Shown piece by piece: positions 1 to 12,382 of a stretch of 64,000 bases of DNA (position 1 is its first letter; each line of letters begins with the position of its first letter). Origin of the DNA: Sedimentisphaerales bacterium (GTDB lineage Bacteria; Planctomycetota; Phycisphaerae; Sedimentisphaerales; Anaerobacaceae); the NCBI GenBank assembly GCA_040772485.1, contig JAXGYC010000009.1, positions 384,001 through 448,000 of the forward strand, read 5' to 3'. The notes under the pieces were generated by a model. It made no database searches, had not been told where the DNA came from, and worked only from the letters and a program-made list of their open reading frames with translations. The position numbers and the translations under genes are program-made.

Positions 1-1398
1 GGCGGATTTGTGGGAATCCTGTTGGCCCTGGCAGGCAACAAGCTGCTCTTCGCCCTGTTCCCGGCACATCTCCAGTCCAGGGAGGTGGCCTTCATGTTAC
101 TCAGAAGCTACTCTCTACTGTTCACCCTGGGCCTGATCGTCGCGACCGCCCTGGTTTCCTCTCTGGCATCCGTCCTGCACATCTGCCGGTCCAACCTGAC
201 CGGGCAGATCCGGTCTCAGCATCGCACCACAACCAATCGTCGCGGGCATCGGCTACGTGACAGCCTGGTAGTGGCCGAGATCGCCCTGGCCCTCATCCTT
301 TTGGTGGGCGCCGGACTCCTGCTGAACAGCTTCATCCACTATATGAGAACCGATCGCGGTTTCGATCCGGACCATGTGGTGGCGTTGCGTCTGTCGTTGC
401 CCGACCAGGCCGAGCGACGTGAGTCCTTTTGCAGACAGCTCTTGGATCAAGTTGATGCTCTTCCGGGGGTCAAATACGCCGGCCTTAGCTCCGGCCTTCT
501 CGACAGGTATCTGAGCACCAGTTGCTATACGGTGGAAGGGGCGCCTGCACCGGAGCTTGGCCAGCACTTCTGGGTCCATTACTTCGACGTAACCCCGGAA
601 TTCTTTCAAGCCATGGGTATGCGTCTCGTACAGGGTCGCTACTTTACGGAATGGGACACGAACGACGACATCGTGATAGTGGATCAGGCATTTGTCGAGA
701 AGTGGTGGCCCGATGAGGACCCGATCGGCCGGCACATCAACTTCTTCGACGGCAGAAAGGAAGTCATCGGCGTTGTCGGTCATGTCAAACAAAGGGGGGT
801 AGACAAGGAATGCTACCCCTGTCTCTATCAGACCGGTCATCGCGTGTGGTCTGTGAGTTTCGACAGATCCCTGGTGGTGCGCACTCAGACGAATCCAACC
901 GACATTGTCGCCCCCATCCGGCAGATCATTACCCAACTCGATGCGACTGTACCCATTTTCGAAATCCAGACCGTGCACCAGATCATGAACGACCAGTCGC
1001 GACTCCGTCGGGTCAGCGCGGGTGTCCTGGGCGGATTTGCCTTCATCGCGTTGCTCCTGTCGGCGTTGGGCATTTACGGGATCATGGCCTATGCCGTGGT
1101 CCAGCGCACCCAGGAAATCGGCATCCGCATGGCACTCGGCGCCCGAGCATGGGATGTCCTCCGGATCATTCTCGCCCACGGCTCAAAACTGACCATCATG
1201 GGTGTTAGCCTGGGTCTGTTAGGAACCATCGCACTGGGCGGGTTGATTCGACACTATCTCTTCGGCGTCACAGCCCACGACCCGATCACTTTCCTTTGTG
1301 TCATAGCGGTCCTGGTTGCAGCCGCTCTATTGGCCTGTTACGTCCCTGCTCGTCGGGCGGCGAGGATCGATCCGATGGTGGCACTGAGGTGCGAATGA
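1..1398 (+). CDS. Duplicated MacB/FtsX-type ABC permease (ADOP-like), 5'-truncated by window edge
   Basis: Frame open from base 1; LVVAEIALALILLVGAGLL, EIGIRMALGA, C-terminal [17 protein letters not shown]. Confidence 0.9.
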   Translation, partial: GGFVGILLALAGNKLLFALFPAHLQSREVAFMLLRSYSLLFTLGLIVATALVSSLASVLHICRSNLTGQIRSQHRTTTNRRGHRLRDSLVVAEIALALILLVGAGLLLNSFIHYMRTDRGFDPDHVVALRLSLPDQAERRESFCRQLLDQVDALPGVKYAGLSSGLLDRYLSTSCYTVEGAPAPELGQHFWVHYFDVTPEFFQAMGMRLVQGRYFTEWDTNDDIVIVDQAFVEKWWPDEDPIGRHINFFDGRKEVIGVVGHVKQRGVDKECYPCLYQTGHRVWSVSFDRSLVVRTQTNPTDIVAPIRQIITQLDATVPIFEIQTVHQIMNDQSRLRRVSAGVLGGFAFIALLLSALGIYGIMAYAVVQRTQEIGIRMALGARAWDVLRIILAHGSKLTIMGVSLGLLGTIALGGLIRHYLFGVTAHDPITFLCVIAVLVAAALLACYVPARRAARIDPMVALRCE

Positions 1399-1502
1399 GA
1401 GGAGAGTCAACAGTGGGCAGTTTGCAGTTGGCAGCAAGAAGCGACGGCTGTGAACCGGCAACTGGGAACTGACAACTGTCAACTGAGAACTGGAGTTCAG
1501 CA
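1399..1502. repeat. Junction element copy 1 (104 bp, heptamer-periodic palindrome, loop variant A)
   Basis: CAGTnnn units followed by nnAACTG units ending AACTGGAG; loop CAGCAAGAAGCGACGGCT. Confidence 0.85.
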
Positions 1503-3980
1503 ATGACGACCTTGTGGCAAGACGTTCGGTACGGCCTGCGGACGCTGGCCAAATCGCCCGGCTTCACGGCCGTGGCGGTGGTTTCCCTGGCCCTGGCCAT
1601 AGGGGCCGACACCGCCGTGTTCAGTCTGTACAACTCGGTGATGCTCAAGCCGCTGCCCGTGCGGAATCCCGGACAACTGCGCGTGCTCACCTGGAGGGGC
1701 GATATCAGAACCCAAGTCACCTACTGTCGCGTCTTTCTCCTGCCGACAGGAGAGACCTCAGGAAACGTCGTTTCCTATCCTCTCTACCGCACACTGCGGG
1801 AGAAGACAACCGCCGTAGCGGACCTGTTCGCATTCTCCGAGTTCAGTCTCTTTGACCCACTGACTGTCGGGGTAGGGACCGAAACGTTCACCGCCCCGGG
1901 CTTGATCGTCTCCGGCAACTTCTTCGAGGGATTGGGGCTCCGTGCGCACGCAGGCCGGACAATTGCCCCGGACGATGACCGATCGGAAGCGGAGCCGGTT
2001 GCGGTGATCTCCCACGCCGCCTGGCAGCGATGTTTCAAGGGCGACCTGCAGGCCATTGGGCGGACGGTGCTTCTCAATCGGCACGGCTTCACGATCATCG
2101 GCGTTTTGCCCCAGGGCTTTCTCGGACCGGTGGGCGGCAGCCGATGCGACTTCTACGTGCCCATGTCTGCCCAGGCCTTGGTTCGACCCGATTGTCCCCT
2201 GGCCGCCTCCAGTCCCTGGTGGGTCCAAGTCATGGCTCGGTTGTCACCGGCGGCCAATGAGGAGCAGTTCGCGACGATGGTGAATGGGCTGTTTGCGCAG
2301 GCGGTCGCGGCCGAGGGCCTGAAGGGTTCGGACAAACCGGTTCGCATGGTGGTCGAAGACGGCAGCGGCGGACCTCGGGAACCGCGACAGTCTCTGACCA
2401 AGTCCCTTCCTATTCTGATGGGGATCGTCGGCATCGTACTGTTGGTCGCCTGTGCCAATCTGGCCTCGCTCCTGTTGGCGCGGAGTGCGTCCAGGCGGCA
2501 GGAAATGGCGGTGCGTGCAGCCCTGGGCGCAGGTCAGGGGCGACTGCTGCGACAGTGTCTCACAGAGAGCGTGCTCGTGTCGTTCGCCGGCACCGTCGGA
2601 GGGCTGCTGTTGGCCACGTGGGCAAGACAGATTCTCCTTCGTTTGTTCTGGCCCTCGCAGGTGGTCGTTGATCTGCGCAACGACGCCCGAGTCCTGGGCT
2701 TCACCACGATGATCTGCGTGGCGTCGACGCTGCTGTTCGGTTTGCTGCCGGCCTTGCGAGCCAGCCGCATCCAACCGGGCGCCTTCCTGAAGGAACGGGC
2801 ATCAGGCGGCCTGTCGCGTATGCGGGTCGGCACGTGTATGGTTTCGATCCAGACGGCGCTGTCGCTCTTGTTGCTGGTGGGGGCAGGACTCTTTGTGCGG
2901 ACGCTCGCGAATCTCTATCGTGTCGAGACCGGATTCAACACGAACAATCTCCTGGTCTTCAAGCTGGATGGGCACAAAGCCGGCTTGAAGGGGCAGCGAC
3001 TGGCGGATTGCTACGAACAGGTTCGCGCGTCCATCGCCGCACTGCCGGGCGTGCAGGCCGTCGCTAACTCGAATATCCTGCTGCTGAGCCGCTGGATGAA
3101 CAACAGCCAGGCACAGATCTCGGGCCGCTCTCAGGATGAGTCGATGCCGATTCTCGGATTGTCCGTCAGTGATTCGTTTCTCTCGACCATGGGGATTCCT
3201 CTGCTGCTCGGGCGCGGCTTCAGCCCCTCCGATGATGAGGCTGGCCCGCGAGTCATTCTCGTGAACGAGACCTTGACCCATCGGGCCTTCCCTGACGAAA
3301 ACCCCGTAGGCAAGAGCCTGACCATCAATGGGCGTGATCACGAGATCGTCGGAGTGTTCGGAGACATCACCTACGCTGACTTGAAGAGGGCCGTCGAGCC
3401 CACGGTCTTCTATCCATACCGCCAAGACACGGAATCAATCGGGAGAATGTTCTACGAGGTGAGAACCGCCTCCGACCCCATGGCTTTGGTTGCGAGCATA
3501 CGAAAGGTTGTGGCAGGCGTCGACCGCATTCTCCCGATGGCGGAGATCAAGACCCAGGCAATTCAACTGGACGAATCCATCGCGCAGGAGCGGTCCTTTG
3601 CCATGCTCGCTTCGGGCCTGGCTCTGATGGCGGTGCTGCTCTCGTGGATTGGCCTCTATAGTGTGATGGCCTATGACGTCACTCGGCGGACCGGCGAAAT
3701 CGGAATTCGCATGGCCTTGGGCGCAACGCCACGGAGGGTGGCTTGGCCCATCCTTCGTGGCTCCTTGCTGACTGCTGTTGCGGGAGTGGCTTTGGGTCTC
3801 CCGGCGGCGGTGGCCGGTGCGAGAATCGTGCGAAGCTACCTTTTCGGCGTCGAGTCTCACGATCCCGTCACGATGGGTGTTGCGGTCGTTTTGTTGTTGG
3901 CCATCGCGATGCTGGCAGCCTGGGTCCCCGCCCGACGGGCGGCGAAGGTCGATCCGATGGTGGCGTTGCGGCATGAATGA
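1503..3980 (+). CDS. ADOP-like duplicated ABC permease (825 aa)
   Basis: [21 protein letters not shown] start, [37 protein letters not shown]. Confidence 0.95.
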   Translation: MTTLWQDVRYGLRTLAKSPGFTAVAVVSLALAIGADTAVFSLYNSVMLKPLPVRNPGQLRVLTWRGDIRTQVTYCRVFLLPTGETSGNVVSYPLYRTLREKTTAVADLFAFSEFSLFDPLTVGVGTETFTAPGLIVSGNFFEGLGLRAHAGRTIAPDDDRSEAEPVAVISHAAWQRCFKGDLQAIGRTVLLNRHGFTIIGVLPQGFLGPVGGSRCDFYVPMSAQALVRPDCPLAASSPWWVQVMARLSPAANEEQFATMVNGLFAQAVAAEGLKGSDKPVRMVVEDGSGGPREPRQSLTKSLPILMGIVGIVLLVACANLASLLLARSASRRQEMAVRAALGAGQGRLLRQCLTESVLVSFAGTVGGLLLATWARQILLRLFWPSQVVVDLRNDARVLGFTTMICVASTLLFGLLPALRASRIQPGAFLKERASGGLSRMRVGTCMVSIQTALSLLLLVGAGLFVRTLANLYRVETGFNTNNLLVFKLDGHKAGLKGQRLADCYEQVRASIAALPGVQAVANSNILLLSRWMNNSQAQISGRSQDESMPILGLSVSDSFLSTMGIPLLLGRGFSPSDDEAGPRVILVNETLTHRAFPDENPVGKSLTINGRDHEIVGVFGDITYADLKRAVEPTVFYPYRQDTESIGRMFYEVRTASDPMALVASIRKVVAGVDRILPMAEIKTQAIQLDESIAQERSFAMLASGLALMAVLLSWIGLYSVMAYDVTRRTGEIGIRMALGATPRRVAWPILRGSLLTAVAGVALGLPAAVAGARIVRSYLFGVESHDPVTMGVAVVLLLAIAMLAAWVPARRAAKVDPMVALRHE

Positions 3981-4088
3981 GAACGAGTTGACGGTTCACG
4001 GTTGGCCCGCCCGAGGCGGGTCGGCCGGGGAACCAGGAACCTGCGAACTGGGAACCGACAACCGGGAACTGAGAACTGGAGTCATGCA
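3981..4088. repeat. Junction element copy 2 (108 bp, variant B with nested hairpin)
   Basis: GAACGAGTTGACGGTTCACGGTTGG...GGAACCAGGAACCTGCGAACTG...AACTGGAGTCATGCA. Confidence 0.95.
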
Positions 4089-6509
<2,421 letters not shown>

Positions 6510-6631
6510 GAACGAGTTGACGGTTCACGGTTGGTCCGCCCGAGGCGGGTCGACCGGGGAACCAGGAACCTGCGAACTGGGAACCGACAACTGACAACCG
6601 GCAACTGTGAACTGTGAACTGGAGTCATGCA
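6510..6631. repeat. Junction element copy 3 (122 bp)
   Basis: Nearly identical to copy 2, with two additional heptamers. Confidence 0.95.
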
Positions 6632-9058
6632 ATGACGACGTTGTGGCAAGACATTCGGTACGGCGTTCGCATGCTGCGTAAGAATCCAGGCTTTGCGGCT
6701 GTGGTCGTCCTTATCCTGGCGGTGGGCATTGGCGCCAATACGGCGGTGTTCAGCGTGGTCAACGCGGTGGTGCTCAGACCCCTGCCTTACCGGGATGCGG
6801 ATCATATCGTCGCGCTCTGGGAGCAGTCGAAATGGGGTGGGCGGCCCCCATCGCACCAGGATTTCCTGACGTGGTATCGACAGAGTCAGGTCTTCGAGGA
6901 GGTCGCGGCGTATGCCCGGCAGCGCTTCTACGTTGTCGGTATCGACAAGTCGCGTGAGGTCTGGGCCAATCCGGTGTCGGCGAATCTCCTGCCTTTGCTG
7001 GGAGTCAACCCCTTGCTGGGCCGAGTGTTCCGGCCAGAGGAAGAACAGCCGGGGAACGACCAGGTGGTCGTCCTGAGCCATCGCTTCTGGACCGATCGTC
7101 TGGGCGCCGACCCGAACGTCCTTGGCAGAACGCTCAGTCTGACCAGCGATGAGATGAACCGCGACACCAGCCTGAGTTTCGACCGCAGGGACTATACCAT
7201 TGTCGGTGTCATGCCCGCCGATTTCGAGTTTCCTTTCGAGCGTCCGGCGCCGTTCTGGGTGCCGCTGGTCTTCCAGCGCGACTCCTACTGGGAGGAGGGC
7301 CGGCCGGTGCGTCCGATTGCCCGGCTCAAGCGTGCCGTCACCTTGGAGCAGGCGCGCGCAGCGATGGCCGTGCTCTCCGAACAAGCGAAGCAAGCCCAAC
7401 CCAAGACTCGCGCCGACCGCAAGATCGAACTCGATCGGATGCAGAACCGCGTGCTCGCAGGCAAGACCCACGGGCTCCTGTTGCTGCTCGGCGCCGCGGG
7501 ATTCGTGCTGCTGATCGCCTGCGGCAACGTCGCCAACCTGTTCATGACGCGCGCTGCGGCACGACAACAGGAATTGGCCACGCGCATGGTCCTGGGGGCT
7601 TCGCGCGGTCGGGTCCTGCAACAGATGCTGACCGAAAGCCTGCTGCTGACCACCGCCGCCGGCCTGGCGGGACTGCTGCTGACCTTTCTGACCGTCAAAG
7701 CGATCGTGGGTCTCTGCCCCGCAGATATCCCGCGCCTGGAACAGGCGAGCGTGGACGGAACGGTCCTCGGCTTTACCCTCGGCATTTCCATTCTCACCGG
7801 CTTGCTGTTTGGCACGATGCCCGCCTGGAGGATGGTGGACACGCGCGCGAGCCAGAGCCTCAAGAGCGGGTGGACACGACCCTGGATCACACGGCAGGGA
7901 CGCAGACTGCGCGGCAGCCTGGTCGTCCTGCAGATCGCTCTCTCGCTGATCCTCCTGGTCGGCGCGACCCTGCTGATTCGCAGCTTGATCGCACTGCACC
8001 ACATGGACCTCGGCTTTCGACCCGAGAACGTGCTGACAGCTCACATTGAGCTGCCGGCGGCGAAGTACCCCGACGGCAAGCACTGCCAGGTGTTCTATGA
8101 CGAGTTGATCGAGCGCGTCCGTCGTCTTCCACACGTGCGCTCGGCGGCGCTGGTGCGTGCCTCCCTTCAACTGGGTGAGATGGAAGGAGAACTGTCGTTC
8201 TCTGTTCCAGGCCACCCTGTGCCCGACGGCCAAGAGCTCCCTATGGCCAAATGGTCCTGTATCAGTCCCGGTTTTTTCCAGACACTGGGCATTCCCATCG
8301 TCAAAGGCCGGGATCTTACGGAGCAGGACCATGCCGATCACATCGTAGTCGATGAGACTCTGGCAAACCGATACTTCCCTGAGGATGATCCCATTGGCCG
8401 CGTCCTTGTCCAGGAGGGGTACGAGTTGACAATCGTGGGAGTCGCGCGCACGACCCGGGATTTCCTGACACCCGACCCGCCCGAAGGAACCATTTACATG
8501 CATCTGGCCGCGAGTTTTCCGGACATGATCTTCCTGGTGCGAACGGACGACGACCCGATACGATTCGCTCCGCTGCTGCGTCAGCAGATCGGAGCCCTGA
8601 GCCAGGAGGAGGTCGTTACCCGGATGGAAACGCTGGAGACAACTCTCTCTGACAGTCTGGCGGCGCGCCGCTTCGTCATGATCCTGCTCGGCGTATTTGC
8701 CGCCATGGCGCTGGTCGTTGCGATGATCGGCATATATGGCCTGCTCCAATACAGCACCACCCAGCAGACGCACGACATCGGCGTTCGCATGGCGCTGGGG
8801 GCCCGAGAAAGGGACGTTCTGACGGCCGTGCTGGGCCAGGGAGTCCGACTGGCCCTCATCGGTGTGGCGGTCGGCACGATCGGTGCGTTGGCTTTGACGC
8901 GGGTCCTTTCCAGCCTGCTATACGACGTGACTCCGACCGACCCGGCGACGCTGACGTTTGTCTCTGTCGCCTTGGTGGTCACGGCGTTGCTGGCCAGTCA
9001 TCTACCGGCCCGCCGGGCCGCGAAGATCGATCCGATGGAGGCGCTGCGCTATGAATGA
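6632..9058 (+). CDS. ADOP-like duplicated ABC permease
   Basis: MTTLWQDIRYG start; [20 protein letters not shown] end. Confidence 0.95.
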   Translation: MTTLWQDIRYGVRMLRKNPGFAAVVVLILAVGIGANTAVFSVVNAVVLRPLPYRDADHIVALWEQSKWGGRPPSHQDFLTWYRQSQVFEEVAAYARQRFYVVGIDKSREVWANPVSANLLPLLGVNPLLGRVFRPEEEQPGNDQVVVLSHRFWTDRLGADPNVLGRTLSLTSDEMNRDTSLSFDRRDYTIVGVMPADFEFPFERPAPFWVPLVFQRDSYWEEGRPVRPIARLKRAVTLEQARAAMAVLSEQAKQAQPKTRADRKIELDRMQNRVLAGKTHGLLLLLGAAGFVLLIACGNVANLFMTRAAARQQELATRMVLGASRGRVLQQMLTESLLLTTAAGLAGLLLTFLTVKAIVGLCPADIPRLEQASVDGTVLGFTLGISILTGLLFGTMPAWRMVDTRASQSLKSGWTRPWITRQGRRLRGSLVVLQIALSLILLVGATLLIRSLIALHHMDLGFRPENVLTAHIELPAAKYPDGKHCQVFYDELIERVRRLPHVRSAALVRASLQLGEMEGELSFSVPGHPVPDGQELPMAKWSCISPGFFQTLGIPIVKGRDLTEQDHADHIVVDETLANRYFPEDDPIGRVLVQEGYELTIVGVARTTRDFLTPDPPEGTIYMHLAASFPDMIFLVRTDDDPIRFAPLLRQQIGALSQEEVVTRMETLETTLSDSLAARRFVMILLGVFAAMALVVAMIGIYGLLQYSTTQQTHDIGVRMALGARERDVLTAVLGQGVRLALIGVAVGTIGALALTRVLSSLLYDVTPTDPATLTFVSVALVVTALLASHLPARRAAKIDPMEALRYE

Positions 9059-9157
9059 GAACGAGTTGACGGTTCACGGTTGGCAGTTGTCGGCCGGGGA
9101 ACCAGGAACCTGCGAACTGAGAACTGGGAACTGTGAACCGAGAACTGGAGTCACGCT
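9059..9157. repeat. Junction element copy 4 (99 bp)
   Basis: Aligns with copies 2, 3, 6 and 7. Confidence 0.95.
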
Positions 9158-11644
9158 ATGACAACGTTGTGGCAGGATGTTCGATATGGTCTGCGAATGC
9201 TGGCGAAGAGCCCCGGCTTTACGGCGGTGGCGGTCGTATCGCTGGCATTGGGTGTTGGGGTCAACACTGCCATCTTCAGTCTGCTCAATGCGGTGTGGAT
9301 GCGGTCGTTGCCCGTGCGCGACCCGCACGCCTTGCGCGTGGTTAATTGGAGCGGTCACAATACGATGCTCTCCCGCTATTGCGGGGGGGCCGGCGATGCC
9401 AAACGGGACCGTACGGGCGCCACGGTATCGGGGTCTTTCCCTTATCCGGTGTATCGTGATTTCAAAGAGCGGGTTGAAGGATGCTCCAACGTGTTTGCCT
9501 TCTTTGGGCTGTATGGACTGACGGTCATAGGGCCCAAAGGCGCTGCCACGGCCGATGCGCTGATGGTCTCAGGCGACTTCTTCGAGGGATACGGGACTCG
9601 AGCCTTGATCGGCCGTACGCTCGGTTCCAATGATGAGTCGTCGCAGGCCGACCCCGTGGCGGTGATCACCTATCGCTGGTGGGAGAAGGAGTACGATCTC
9701 AGCCCCGAGGTCCTTGGTCAGATGATAACCATCAACCAGCATCAGTTCACCATTGTGGGTGTCCTGCCTCGTGCTTACTGCGGCCCGGAGATCGGCGATA
9801 TGGCCCGGATCTATGTGCCGATGTCCGCCCAGCCGCAGCTCGCTTCCGGGTTCCCCTTGGATGCGCGGGACCACTGGTGGGCCAATATCATGGTGCGTCT
9901 GGAACGCGAGGCGGACGAGACGCAAATCCGCGCTGCTATGGAGGGTCTTTTTCTCCAGACCTTGTCCGTGCCGGGACAAGGAACGCAGATGGAGAACCCA
10001 CAGATTCTCCTGGTCGACGGAAGCCGGGGACTTCTGGGAGCGCGCCGGGAGATGGCATTTGGGCTCGCGGTTCTGATGGCTGCCGTAGGGCTGGTTCTCC
10101 TGATCGCCTGCGCCAATCTGGCGGGGCTCCTGCTGGCTCGGGGCGCCGCGCGTCAGCAGGAATTGACCGTGCGGGCCGCCATGGGCGCAGGGCGCGGGCG
10201 CCTGATTCGCCAACTGCTCACCGAGAGTCTGGTCCTGTCTCTGGCGGGAGCCGGACTTGGGCTGCTCGTAGCGGTTTGGATCAAGGCGGCGGTGTTAGGC
10301 GTTATCCCCGGCAGCCTGGAGAGCTTCCATCTCGATGTGAGCATTGACCTGCGCGTCCTGCTGTTCACGTTAAGTGCCGCGATGGCAACGTCCCTTCTTT
10401 TCGGCCTGATTCCGGCCCTGCGCGTCACGCGCGTGGATCTGTGTTCGGGGCTCAAGGGTCAGAGGGTGTTGGGTGTCCCGGGTTTGCGGCTGGGCAAGAT
10501 TCTTGTGGCGGCGCAGGTGAGCCTCTCGGTCCTGCTTCTGGTGAGCACCGGCCTGTTGATGCAGACGCTGCTGAACCTGTATCGGACCGATCTCGGGTTT
10601 GCCACGGACAAGATTCTGGTCTTCCGTCTGAATCCCGGTCAGGCGGGATATGAAGACGCCAACTCGGTTGGCTTCTACGATCAGGTCGAAGCGAATCTCG
10701 CAAGCCTTCCCGGCGTGCGAAGCATTGCCCTTTCCAGCGACAACCTTCTGGGCGGCAGCCGCGCCAGCACCGGCTTCTCGATCCCTGGGCGTGCCGCAGA
10801 TGGACCGCAGAGTCCTCAGGCCGATGTGCTCGACGTCAGCGAAGCCTTCTTTCAAACGATGGGTATTCCACTGTTGCGCGGGCGGAGCCTGGAGCGGACG
10901 GACACCGCGTCGCAGCCCCGAGTGGTTGTCGTCAACGAGACCTTCGCACGCACCTTCTTTGCAGATGCTGATCCCATCGGGCAGTCGATTCACATGGGCG
11001 AGCGAGACTACCAAATCGTCGGTGTGTCCGGCGATGCCAAGTACAATCGAGTTCAAAGCGACATCGAGCCCACCCTGTACTTCTCACACCGACAAGCCAG
11101 TCCCGGAGCGATGTGCTTCGAGGTCCGCACCGCAGGCGATCCTCTGACTTTGGTTCCGGCAGTCCGCAGGATCGTCGCGGACCTGGATCGCACCATCCCC
11201 TTGGAACAGGTTTCCACACAACGGCAGCTCTTCGAAGACTCCATTACGCCGGAGCGGGTCTTCACCTATTTGTGCAGTGGTCTGGCTCTGCTTGGCATCT
11301 TGCTGTCGTGCATCGGACTGTATGGCCTGCTGGCTTTCATGGTCACCCGCCGGACCGGCGAGATTGGCGTACGCATGGCGCTCGGCGCGGCGCCGCGCGA
11401 CGTTGCCTGGCCCGTGATGCGCAGCGCCCTTTGGATGGCGGCCTTCGGCCTGTTGGTCGGTGTCCCGGTCGCTCTGGCGGCGACCCGGGTCCTGCGGAGT
11501 GTTCTGTATGGTGTCACACCACACGATCCCATCGCCATCGTGGTCGCCATCGTCCTGGTCCTGTCGGTCGCCGCTCTGGCCGCGTGGATTCCAGCCCGCC
11601 GGGCGGCGCGAATCGATCCGATGGAGGCGTTGCGCTACGAGTGA
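9158..11644 (+). CDS. ADOP-like duplicated ABC permease (828 aa)
   Basis: Family motifs; by eye most similar to 1503..3980. Confidence 0.95.
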   Translation: MTTLWQDVRYGLRMLAKSPGFTAVAVVSLALGVGVNTAIFSLLNAVWMRSLPVRDPHALRVVNWSGHNTMLSRYCGGAGDAKRDRTGATVSGSFPYPVYRDFKERVEGCSNVFAFFGLYGLTVIGPKGAATADALMVSGDFFEGYGTRALIGRTLGSNDESSQADPVAVITYRWWEKEYDLSPEVLGQMITINQHQFTIVGVLPRAYCGPEIGDMARIYVPMSAQPQLASGFPLDARDHWWANIMVRLEREADETQIRAAMEGLFLQTLSVPGQGTQMENPQILLVDGSRGLLGARREMAFGLAVLMAAVGLVLLIACANLAGLLLARGAARQQELTVRAAMGAGRGRLIRQLLTESLVLSLAGAGLGLLVAVWIKAAVLGVIPGSLESFHLDVSIDLRVLLFTLSAAMATSLLFGLIPALRVTRVDLCSGLKGQRVLGVPGLRLGKILVAAQVSLSVLLLVSTGLLMQTLLNLYRTDLGFATDKILVFRLNPGQAGYEDANSVGFYDQVEANLASLPGVRSIALSSDNLLGGSRASTGFSIPGRAADGPQSPQADVLDVSEAFFQTMGIPLLRGRSLERTDTASQPRVVVVNETFARTFFADADPIGQSIHMGERDYQIVGVSGDAKYNRVQSDIEPTLYFSHRQASPGAMCFEVRTAGDPLTLVPAVRRIVADLDRTIPLEQVSTQRQLFEDSITPERVFTYLCSGLALLGILLSCIGLYGLLAFMVTRRTGEIGVRMALGAAPRDVAWPVMRSALWMAAFGLLVGVPVALAATRVLRSVLYGVTPHDPIAIVVAIVLVLSVAALAAWIPARRAARIDPMEALRYE

Positions 11645-11680
11645 TGGACTATCAATGAGAAATGAATCTGAGGATGTGCG

Positions 11681-12379
11681 ATGATCACTTTGAAGAGTGT
11701 TGAGAAGAGCTACAAGACCAAGGCGGGATTCACGTATGTGCTGCGGCAGATCAACCTCCAGATCGCCGAAGGCGAGTTCATCACGATCATGGGGCCGTCG
11801 GCGGCGGGCAAGAGCACGCTGCTGAACATCGTGGGCATGCTCGACCACGACTGGGAAGGGGAATACTACCTGGACGATCAGCCGGTGCACACGCTCAAAC
11901 CCAAAGACCGGCAGGCCCTGAACCGTCAGTACGTGGGCTTCGTGTTCCAGGCGTTCAACTTGCTCGACAGCCTGACGGTGTACGAGAACCTCGACGTGCC
12001 GCTGTCCTACCGAAACGTCAAGACCTCGCAGCGAGCCGCGATCGTCTGCGACACGCTCGACCGCTTCGGCATCGTGGGCAAGAAAGACCTCTATCCGAGC
12101 CAGCTCTCCGGCGGCCAGCAGCAGCTCGTCGCCATCGCCCGCGCCGTGGTCGCCAATCCCAAGCTGATCCTGGCCGACGAGCCAACCGGCAACCTGCACT
12201 CGACCCAGGGCCGCGAGATCATGAAGCTGTTCAAGAAGCTCAATGAGGAGGGCACGACCATCATCCAGGTGACGCACAACGAGGAATACGCCGCCTACGG
12301 CCGACGCATCATCCAACTCAAAGACGGCTGGATGGACGGCGAAATCACCCCCGACCAACTGCTCGGAAAGGCACGATAA
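11681..12379 (+). CDS. ABC ATP-binding protein, MacB/LolD type
   Basis: Walker [20 protein letters not shown]-loop, LSGGQQQ signature, [11 protein letters not shown]alker B, VTHN. Confidence 0.97.
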   Translation: MITLKSVEKSYKTKAGFTYVLRQINLQIAEGEFITIMGPSAAGKSTLLNIVGMLDHDWEGEYYLDDQPVHTLKPKDRQALNRQYVGFVFQAFNLLDSLTVYENLDVPLSYRNVKTSQRAAIVCDTLDRFGIVGKKDLYPSQLSGGQQQLVAIARAVVANPKLILADEPTGNLHSTQGREIMKLFKKLNEEGTTIIQVTHNEEYAAYGRRIIQLKDGWMDGEITPDQLLGKAR

Positions 12380-12382
12380 ACC